Origin: Magallana gigas
Taxonomy: Eukaryota
DNA: 64,000 nt
Reading direction: 5' to 3'
NCBI RefSeq assembly: GCF_963853765.1
Contig: NC_088857.1
Coordinates: forward strand, 17,236,001-17,300,000
This document shows, piece by piece, positions 12,929 to 24,200 of the stretch; position 1 is the stretch's first letter; each line of letters opens with the position of its first letter. The position numbers and the translations under genes are program-made. The notes under the pieces were generated by a model. The model saw only the letters and a list, made by a program, of their open reading frames with translations. It searched no databases and was not told the origin of the DNA.

Positions 12929-15217
12929 ATGAATCCGCTTGATCCAGAGTTATTAGAGGCTGTATGTATGAACTAATATCGATACATTTTGATTCGTTAT
13001 GATCAGATGATCATCAAGGCCACAGGGTTTTGACACGACCTGTGCTAAAAAAAAAAAGTCGTATCATTAATTCCGGTATGTTTACGATTTTTTTTTTGCA
13101 CAGGTTGTCTCAAAAACCCTGTGATCAAGGCCTACTATTGCTGATTAAGCCTTGTCAACATGTTCCTATTCTGATATTAAGCACTATAGTTCATTCACAA
13201 TCTTTGCTTGAATATATTTCAACAATTTAATAATGTTTGAATATTCTTGATATTCATAAGTATTTGTGTGCTATGGTCATGTTGATGTGGACCTGATGGC
13301 CTATTTTTTATTTAGTATGCAGTATACCACTGTTTATGTTATACAATCGGCATTGTAATCCTTTTAATTGGGGGGAGGGGGGTAAAAACTATTCAAGATG
13401 CATAGATTATTTTGAATGCTAACACCAGAGAGTACAATAAACCTGTGATTTGATTTCTGACCTGCTGTATTAGACTTCTTGCCTGCATATACCTTTACAA
13501 ATGTAAAAAAAAAAATTGTCACAGCCAGAATTGTCTTGTTGGTAGAGCTTCTGACTTCTAAAAGCTCTATATTTTCTGATTCATCAAGGTTCTCAATACT
13601 TCTCATAGACAGTGGCATAGTGTTAATTGGTACTGTGATTCAGCCACACACTAACAAGTAAACAGGTTAATGTTCTTCCAGAGGACTTGATTGAAAACAG
13701 ATCAGAATTGTTTTTGTTCCCATTGATTTGAGGGTTAGGAAATCTATGGGAATGTGATGGTAAAATGGGCTTGATTGTTGGTGCATGTCCAGTGTGTCAG
13801 TTTGTTGAAATACTGTTTTGTAATTCGTTGGGCTCCAAGACAGCATTCTTGGCTGGTCTTTCAGATTTTCTTCCTACTATTAAGTTACAGCCAACATGTC
13901 TTGGTTTCTCTTTGGCACTATTGTTAGAGCTGAGTAACTTTAATAGTTTTAAGATGGTTCATACTCAGAATTATGGATGCAGAATGCTCATTTTCTTTAC
14001 ACAGAATTTTTTTTTTCGATTGATAGCTTATGATTGCCAGAATGAACAACCCTGGGATGTTTCAAAGTTTCTGGGAGTTGGATGAACAAGGGGTAGAAGA
14101 AGAATCTGAGGAGGAAATACAGAGTATTGAACTGGTTATTTGTTGTTCTTTGCATAAAGTTGAATAGATGATGAAATAAATCACAAATAACCAGAACTAA
14201 ATTCAAGTAACATATATTTTTTCACCGTATTTTTATTCATGACTTTAGAGGATCCAAAAAAGAAGATCTTATGGGCTGCAGAGAATAACTACATGGACAT
14301 CGCCAAGAGTTTACTTGATGAAGACCCTTCATTGGTGAACAGTCGAGACAGTGACTTGTACACCCCTCTACACAGAGCCTGTTATAATGGACATACAGAT
14401 ATGGTGAAGGTACATGTATTAAACTCCAATTACTAAGCCTGAAAAATTCTTAGAAAGAGCTTGAGACATCCACACAATTGCTTTTCAGAGCCCAACATCT
14501 GGGTAATATTTTTTATTGGCAAGGAATCATGTAAGTGCATGAATTCCATATACTAAATCATTCAAATGCTAACACTATTATTTTTCTCCTCCCCAGTGTC
14601 TCCTAAATCACAATGCAGACATTGCAGCGCGGACAGAGGATGGCTGGTATCCTATACACAGTGCGGCAAGGTGGAATCAGGCTCCGGTGATTTCTATTCT
14701 GCTGGAACATGGCGCTGATATCAATGCCAGGACCAACAGTGGACAGACCCCACTGCATCTGGCAGCTTCAGAGAAAGAAAATGGAGAAACAATTTCACTG
14801 CTTTTATCCAACTGCAACCTTAATACGGAGCTGAGGAACAGTTTGGGTGAAACTGCTGAAGACATTTGTGCCAGAACAAGTGAACATCATAAGCTTTTTG
14901 ATGAAAGAAAAAAACATCAGCAGAATTATCCAGGTAATATGGATCACCAGGAACATAATCCAGGTTGTATGGATCATAAATCCGCATCACAGGAACATCA
15001 AGGAAATGAAAGAGGAAATGACAGTTGTACAAATTCCACAGAGACATCTATCAATGAAGATCCCAATGGGGAAGTATTGAACTTGTCAGACAATGTTGCT
15101 CAGGGATTTGAAGATTTAAGTGTTTCCATGGATACATATGAAAATGATGATGAAAGTCAAGATCAGCTTGAAAATTGTCAAGATCCAGATCATAATGCCA
15201 TGGATGAGAATCCATAA
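12929..15217 (+). CDS. ANKRD49: Ankyrin repeat domain-containing protein 49 homolog (303 aa, 4 exons)
   Basis: Exons 12929-12961, 14027-14123, 14249-14409, 14597-15217 join in frame with GT-AG junctions. The protein ...KDPKKKILWAAENN...DSDLYTPLHRACYNGH...EDGWYPIHSAARWNQ...HGADINARTNSGQTPLHLAA matches the ANKRD49 pattern (DPSRLLLWAAE, DEDEYTPLHRAAY, VDGWTPLHSACKWN). Exons 1-2 are less certain than exons 3-4. Confidence 0.85.
13021..13123. mobile_element. 103-bp hairpin MITE with 8-bp TSD (hAT- or P-like) in ANKRD49 intron 1
   Basis: Termini CACAGGGTTTT...AAAACCCTGTG with ~43-bp imperfect arms. Direct repeat ATCAAGGC at 13013-13020 and 13124-13131. Confidence 0.85.
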
Positions 15218-16039
15218 ATCTTGTTTCAAAAACCCATGCAGTTTAAAGACTTTAAATCATGTAGAGGAACATGTATAGTGTTCAAGTTTGTCCAAGAAAC
15301 TCATACAACATCATGCTTAAAATCTCAGGTTAAACCTGTACAATCACTTTGTTTAACATTTTTTTTATAGATCTCATTTATTTGATACATCTTTAAATTA
15401 AATGGAAACCAGACAGGGTATATATTCTTAATAAATTAAGTATACTCAAAAAGTCTCTTTGTTCTATATTTTACATACCCGGAACATGTGAAGTTTAAAG
15501 AAATGGTTTAGTTTTAAATGATAGTGGTACAAGACATTTTTGCACATTACTGGTACGTTATACAGATAAAAGAACATCATATTCAATATACATATATATT
15601 AAACCAACAGAGCTAACCCATTGGATCTAAAGATGAAAATTATAAAGTTATTGTTACTTTTGTTATTACATTCATTCAAAGCCATAAATTTAATTACCTG
15701 GTAAATAATTAATATTCAAAGCTACTGGTAATTTTTTGATTGTGTTAAATCTCACCCTAGTCTGCATATCCTTTTTCATTTGAGGAAATTTTATATTCCA
15801 GCATATAATCTGAATAATTCCATTGGTATTCAAAAATGACTATCATTCAAAATAATTATAAATATAAAATTTATTCTGGTACATACATTGTAATACATGT
15901 ACCATACATGTAATATTGCACATCAAGAAATACAACTTTCTTACAAACAAAGCAACAACAGGTTTTCAAGTTAACAGTAAGCACTTGATGTTTGTTTTCA
16001 CAAAATAGCGAGTCTAGATATCGATTCTTGAAACTCGAT

Positions 16040-18182
16040 TCAAAGCCATCCACTAAGAACAAGATCCTCTTCGCCTTCATCCAGAAACGGTTGATCTATG
16101 CTCCTGTAGAACAAAGTAAACATGCTATTATAAACATTATATTATATTTGAATGCAGTGGGTTTTTTTATTTTATGGTCTACCATAATTTTGATGATGTG
16201 ATTTTTAACTCATTTAACATATGCATTCTAAATTGTATCTTAATTTTATGATCCCACTCTAACAAAAGCCTAAATTAAACTGAAGCCTCCCATTGTGAAA
16301 CTACCCAGTAAGCAACTTGCTGCTAAATAAAAAAGAAAAAAAGAGCATTGTAAGTGGAGTTTGAGTAACTAACAGGTAAAACATTTAATTAACTCTGATT
16401 TCGCCAATAAGGAACTAATAACAAGTTTCAGAAGATACTGGGCTTTTCAATGCTTTTCAACCACCAAAAAAAAGAAGACATGCTTCTTTTCTTAGATCAT
16501 TACCTGACCATTAGGTCTCCACAATAGATGCATTCTGATGCCACTAAATCATCTAACTCAGCCTGTTAATTAAACAATGAAGAAAATTTGAATGCATGAT
16601 CACCAAAACTTTACTCTATGACAACAGCAAACATATTTGTAAAATATACATTGAAGTTTTAATAAAGGGAAAATCTTAAGTACAAAGACAGAAAGCTACT
16701 ATTAACTTATATTGATCTGAAAAATTCTGTTTTCAATGTTCTTTGCTTTCACAAAATTTATATCTATACAAAAACTGTGCTTATAATGAGAAATTGCAAA
16801 ATACTGCCCCTTGAAAATTATTTTCAATTTATAAATAAATAAAGTTCTGTCTATGTATAGATAACACAAATGATAGATCCTTGTCATGGTTTTCATTACT
16901 GTATACAGGGTTTATTTTCGCCCAGTGTAATTTTCGCCCTTTTTCACTTGCAAACAATTTCACCTGGTCTTGAATTCGCCCAAACAAAGTTGTGTTAAAG
17001 AGATTATATTTGAGACACTGGAGTTCGCCCAGTCTTAAATTTGCCTACTGACAATGAGGGCAAAAATGGCAAATATAAAACGAGGGCTTGGGGGGGGGGG
17101 GGGGGGGGGGGGGGGCGGTATTTCCCTTTATACAGTAGTTTTCTTTATGTTTTACTGAGTACTCTTTCAGTTCTGGCTTCCTTTACCCTTCAATATTACC
17201 TTTGTGTCTTTTGATTTGTCTGTTGAGTTGTCTCCTCTTACACCGACAGACGAGACTCTTGAGTCCTCATTTTCAGCCACTTTTCTTTGTAGCTCCTCAA
17301 CTCTCTGTCGCTTTTTACTGGTCAAGTTTGGCAGCACCTAAATTAACAAAACAACATATTTGTGTGCAGTCAGACTTTATGATATACAAATAGAATTTTA
17401 ATTTTGCTTGGTTTTCATTTTTTCTTCAGTACTAATGTTAGATAGGTAGCAATTCCTTTTTTACGTGAATACATGTACCGGTACTTAATTTTGCGATTCA
17501 ACCATTTTCCATCAAATCACACAAACAGAAAATCCCAAACACTGAATTCTTTTCATAGTTTCATTAAGTTATGAAAATTTCAAATTTGTGAGATGCATTT
17601 CTCGCTAAATTACGCGGATATTAATTCCTCGCGTTTATTAGTAATCTACATTACCTTTTGAATACAAAAAAAAGTACGAGTTACCTCCCCTATCAAGCAG
17701 TCACTGTGAAACTTGTGATGGCATGGAAATAAATAAAAGCTCCTGGCCATTAGAGGAAAGTTACAGGCAGCACATTTGTCTGTTGCACTCACAAAGGCAT
17801 ATCTGAAATAGAACAACCACTGAATAAATTTTAAAATGATCAAAACATATGTTCAAGGGACAGCAAATACCAATACTTAATGCACATGAAAGTGGCTCTA
17901 CATAAAGTATTTTTACATTTTCAATTATTTCACAAATAATGCTTCAGACAGGAACACTGAGTTTATGAACTAAATGTAGATAATGTGACAAAATTTTACT
18001 TGTTTCTAAAGCTCTGGATCTCCTTTCGGATTTCCTCTGCACTTTTAGTGGCATCATCCATTTCTTCCTTCAGCTGTTCAATGTGGTGGTTGTATTCTTG
18101 TAGAGATGTTACTATGGCATCCTGTAATAATTTAATAAAATAAAATCAGGGTTCTTTAAGCATATAAAGAAAGAGTACTGGC

Positions 18183-18244
<62 letters not shown>

Positions 18245-21200
18245 GTCTATTTCTCTCTGACTACACTAGAAAGCCCACCTTGAAGTGGTCAATGGTAACA
18301 AAGTCGGGGAAGAATGGGAGGATGTCCTCTATCTTGAGCAGTTCACAGTCATGTAAGAACTCCATGGCTCGCTTCACATCTTTCTCTTCTTCCACAACAT
18401 GGCGGGCTACACGAAAAATTAAGGTCTTTAAAAGTAAAATAACTACATTTTCTGTATCTTGAGGTATCCCTTTCTAATAGTAAAATTATATGTAAATGTG
18501 ACTATTTTGGCATTCATGAAAGCAATTTACTTGTATCAATTCACTGAAGTAGTCTTGACACTAAAATTTGATTTAATACTGTAAATTCCTTATATTACGC
18601 AAGTACAGTACTTAATTCCGCGATCCCATTGTTTTGAGTCAAAGCATATAAAATCGCGAACGCAGAACTTTTATCCAAATATTTTATAGTTTTTGACTCT
18701 CAGAAAATAATGGCAAGATTTTAAAATCCGCTAAAGGTGCTTCTCGCAATTTTATGTGGATATTAACTCCTCGCGTTTCATTAGGAATCTACAGTACTGT
18801 ATTTTTCACATCAAGTTAATGTACATGTTTCTGAGACTGACAGATTATCGTTTAATACCGATTCTTAACCAGAGTTTTTTCCTGAGATCATTGTCATCTT
18901 CATCGGGTTTGTCTGCTTGTTGTTTGGCCAGCTCAACATCCACCTACAGAGATAATGACATCATTGTAAATATATGACATCATCAAATAGAGACTGTAGA
19001 AACTATACACACCTCTTTTAATTAGTCATAAGTAATCTAGAGTACCGGTATTCTATCTGCTCACAGTAAACTTAATTCATCATAATAAGGAGGAGAGTTT
19101 TTTGTGTGCATTCAAAGAACCACTCTGCATCTTTGGGGAGTATTTCCATGTGTAACTGTCACAGATGACTAAATGCTGTCCATGTGGAAGTTCTTATGCA
19201 TCAGATGTAAATTCACTCATTAAAGGAACATGTATATACAAGACCCTGGAACATTAAGCCCCTTAGAGCAATGACAATATCTTAGTACCTTCCTTCCATC
19301 AATAGGTATACATATGTAGGTCATATAACCACCTAGTGTTTATTTCTGGTAACTGTCGGGACTTTTGATACATACCTGGAGTGCTAGATCGACAGCCTCC
19401 TCATAGAGTCCCATCAGGGAGTAGATGTGGACGCAGGCCTTCTTGTGTCCATGCTCAGCACACAGTCTCAGGGCATACTTCAGGTCGTAGCATATCGTAT
19501 CTTCATCCTACAGAACAGCCAAGAGATCATGTTTAGAGTAAGTTTTTTTATTACTTTAACAGTTGAAAAGAGGGAGGTGAAGTTTGTTTAAAAATAACTA
19601 AACAAATTGTACGATATTGGAACTTTCCTATTTTTTAAGGACCTAAATTTGTCAAAGTAAGAAAAAGAACTAGTATAAATATATATGATTACCAGTAAGT
19701 ATTTATTAACTCAAAACATAATTACAAACATTTGAATGCCAATTTTTTAATCAAAAGTGACTGAAAATATCCAGCACTGTACATGTATTTAAAACTTCTT
19801 CTTTACATATGAATTGCCCAATGGTTACAGTAAGAAGAAGATAATATGAAGAAGTCTGACCGTTCCCTGTATGTTGAGGTATGTCATGAGTTGGTCAGGT
19901 TTAAGTTTGGCATACAGAGACAATAGGTAGTTATGGATAGCCTGGTCCTTGTTATCCAACTGTTCTATACAAAACTCCAGGTATTTAATGGCCTCATTTC
20001 CCTGTAGAAAAAAAAATGACAAATTACCACAAGGCTTCGCCAAAATGTGCTCATCACACTGTATCTTGTTTTCATGCAAAATAAAGTTTGTCTAATGAAC
20101 TCATCTCTCTTTGACAGAACATACATTATTTTTAAATATGGCAATGTAAAACATTCCAAGACATTTGATTGTTCTGCGTGTTCCTCTATATATATATTGT
20201 AATCTACCTTAACAATACATACAAGCTACTCTAAATAATCGTAATGCAGTTTAAGATACTCTTTAAAATACTATTTAGCCTTGACTTTTTTCAGAATACT
20301 TGTACTACTGAACCTAAACCTACTCTCAAGAACGCTATTGAACTTTGACCTACCTTCGAGATTACTACTGAACTTTGACCTTCTCTCGGGAATACTGACC
20401 AAGTACGGTACACACTGAACTCTGACCTACCCAGGATACGTAACCAACAGACAGGACTACTGACCTGCTCCCGGTTCTTGTTGTGGTCGTACTGGACCAG
20501 GGCGGGGATCAGTTTTATTGGCTCCAGGCTGCCCCTCAGACTGATCCACAGACTGACCGTTTCCCTGGGAATGTACTGCATCAGCAGGGGAGAAAACTTG
20601 TACACCAACTCTGTGTCCGTCTGTAATAAGTTTCAATACACCCATCAAGTATTAGTTATTTTCTACTTTATTCAAACACATGAACTAGCTTGCATATCAA
20701 AAGCAGGTGTTTACACATTACATGGTGTTTGGAATTCCATATCCTACCTGTTTTGAAAGCTGACCCAGGGCCCCTTTATAGTTGTCATGTTGAATGTGAT
20801 GGGTGATCACCTTCTCAAAATCTACAAGACAGAAGCAAAGCAACAATATAATCAGCAAGTTTAATTAACAATCATCATCATCAGTGCAAGGTGTGCTTAA
20901 GGTGTTCTCAGAGAAAATATTTTTGTAAAAGAGATGTCATAATGCTGTGAAAACCTTTACAATATTTAAAAAACAACCTGAGGATTTACACTGACACCGA
21001 AGCAAAAAATAAAAATTATTTAGAATTAAAAAAAAAATTCATTTCAGAAGATACTTTATACAAAATTTTTGCTCTTTCTCTCATAACTGCTAATATTTTA
21101 ATACTAAACTACATTAGAAATATAAAACAGTTTTATAATTGATTCTTGCCTTGCATTAACACAGCAAAGAAGACCATGTCCTCTACATCTCCGTGACTGG

Positions 21201-24200
21201 CTATCAGGTCATACACCACCCCTCGGTTATTACTGACACATTCCTGGAATTAAAAAATGTCCAGTAGAGAAATAGAGCACCACTGTCTAAATCAGCATAC
21301 TGTATTTTGCAGAAAATAACATGCACTTTTTTAAAGGGACTTGGACACAATTTGAGCTCAAAATTTTCAAAATTTATTTTTCCATTTTTAATGTCTAGAA
21401 TGGTTAATATGGATATTGTTATTGCTTCCTAAAAATTTTAAAGTCAAATATTGAGTTACAAGCAAAATACAGAGTTTGAAATTCTCTGTTTTGTAAACAA
21501 AGCTCGAGTCTTGTTATTGTTTAAATATGTGTTGTATTGGTATAAGTTTCAATGAAAAAGTGCTTTCTTTTGTTGATACACATTGAATCAGTTTATCTTG
21601 TTTGCCACAAGTCATTTTGTCAAATAAATGGTAATTTCTTTACTCGATATTATTTGACTCAAGCAGTAAATCGTGTCCAAGTCCCTTTAAAAGAATATTT
21701 CTATGCAAGAAAAGGGTGTGTATTAAACACCACAATGGGTTTTTGACGCATTTTTCTTTTAGGTAAAGAACAGTTGCTTTTCACTCTCCCTTAATCAATT
21801 TGTACACCCAATCCCCTAAAATGGTTGAAAATGATGCAAAAATCTATGATCTAGTTCAAGCAAACAAGACAATGTGCAGTAGATACCTTGTTTTTGGGCT
21901 GAGCTAGAAACATTCGGAACTCCTCTTGAACCTTTCTGTACTCATCAGACTCATCCTGCCCTTGTTCCTTCATCTCTCCTAGTTGGTTCAGGAAAATCTC
22001 TATCAGCCATGTCACCAGCATTGTTATCTGGGTTTTATCCTTAGAATAAAACATTTGCAAGAATGTGAATTAAAACCAACTTCTTTGTGATCTTTTGTGC
22101 CAACAGGAATAAAATGTTTAGAAAAGAAGCATTAGACAGTTGTTTTTTTAAGATAAAACCAACAGGTACTTGAATCATTTTTATAAAAAAACATCTTTTA
22201 TGTGAGGTGCTATTTTTTGCTAAGATTTACTAAGATTTGCAAATTCATCTCAAATAAAAAATCAAATAACTCTTATTGGTTTATTTACTGTATAGCATCA
22301 TAGTTGTAAAAGACAAAGTAAGTTTCTGGAATCAAAATGCAAGCAATTTCAGGAAAAAAAGGACCAAGTCACTTATTGTCATCTTTTAATCTCTGAGCGA
22401 TTGCATACATAGCGATCTACATCTATAAATCTCTAGCTTTGCAAAATTAATAAAAGTAACCTGAGGTCTCAGAGCAGACAACTTCTTCTGTATAAAGGAC
22501 TTGAGTGCATCTTTCCCGTCCAGCTTGATGAACTTTAGAGCAATCTCCTCAAACGAGTTCTGTGTCTGAGCATACATCATGGCACTCTCTTGATATCTAC
22601 AGAAACAAAATAAATACATACTGAAGATTCATAATTAAACGCAAGGAATTAATAGCCGTGTAAGATTGTGAGAAGCACACCTCGGGGAATTTAAAATCTC
22701 GTTATTATTTTTCGGATATATATAAACTAAATAAAACTATGCTAACAATTCGGTGCTCGCGAATTTATATTCTTGCGATTTGATGCAAACCTATTGAATC
22801 TCAAATTAAGTACTCGCGTAAAATAAGGAATCTACAGTAATCCCAAGCCAAGCTCACTTATAAAAATCATGATGTACGGTATAAAAATTTAAAAGTTTTG
22901 AAAATATTAGCAACAGAAATGTTGTTTCATCAATATTAGTTAATACCAATTTATGGATTTTGTTGTTACATTGAAACAAAAAATTATATACAGTTGAACT
23001 TTGATATCTCGAACACTGTTATCTCGAATACTGTGGATAAGTGATTTGTAAGTACCAAATACTTTTTTAACAGTCACATCTAGTTCGAGATAACGAAGTT
23101 TGACTGTATATTTACAGAAGTGCAATTGTCTAATAACATATTGTATTGATAATATCAACGTCCACAAATTTATGTCTCTTTGAAAGTGTGATTTCAATAA
23201 ATCCACGAAAAATTGATGCCTATTAAAATTAATGAAACAACAGTATAGAAAAAATTGTATGAAATACTTGATTAAAAACCATGTAAAGGCAGCACTTACT
23301 CTCCTTTTTCAAACAGGTACTCTGCTTGTTTTGTCAGCACTCTATCCAGCTGAGCCACATTGTCCTAAAACATGAAAAGTTTTAAAACTCAGGAAGTTCT
23401 TCCATAATTTAATGGCAAAATCTACTTTATGCACAGATTTTCTTGGAAAAATAAACATTGTCAAGCAATTTTTTGAACATGTACACAAATGCTGAAAGAG
23501 GTTTGATAAGACTTCTTGAAAAGAATCCTCTGGCATATAAATACTGGTACATCTACTAAATGAAACGAATCTATGAGAGAACTTAATTTACAACCAAACC
23601 TTACTCTGCAATATTCCTTTGCTAGCTCAAACTCATTCTTGTCCAGGTACATTTGCCAAACATCTCTGGAATAGAAAGTTAACAAATTTCAAAAAAATTC
23701 ACTAAAAATTCAGGCAATAATATGATATAAATGGATCTTTCCCATGAATTACCCACATCAGCAGCACCTTTCATCTAAATCAATTTTAAAACCCTGGAAT
23801 TTGAATGCCCACCTTTTCTCTCCTAACCAATGAATGAGTGGTATATTGGACCATGTACATACCTGGCCTCCCGAGTCACTTTGTACTTGAAGATGCTCTG
23901 CCCTGTAAATGCCCAAATAGTTCCCTTCACTGGGTCAGAACACAGCCCAAGTAACCTCCCAAACCTCTGTACACACAAAAAAAAACCATGAAAATTATAT
24001 TCATTATTTGAAATATTTCTCAGATATTTGAAAAACCTGTTTATTTCTCTCTAAGATAAATAATCAAATCAAGCACATCTATTATTTTTTCTCTCAAAAG
24101 TAGCTACCAGTAGTATTAATTTTTTATTGTTTTATCTTACAATTACAAAGACCTAATAATCATTAAAGAACCTTTCCTTAAAACATAGCATATTGACCCT

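Noticed and set aside
10823-13123. Hairpins at 10823, 11783 and 13021 as pre-miRNAs
   Set aside because: TSDs and long near-perfect arms point to transposon origin; no known miRNA recognised
13984-14026. Stronger-looking acceptor at 14004 for ANKRD49 exon 2
   Set aside because: Shifts the frame by 22 nt and hits a stop at 14085; the 14026 acceptor gives the ANKRD49-like MFQSFWE frame
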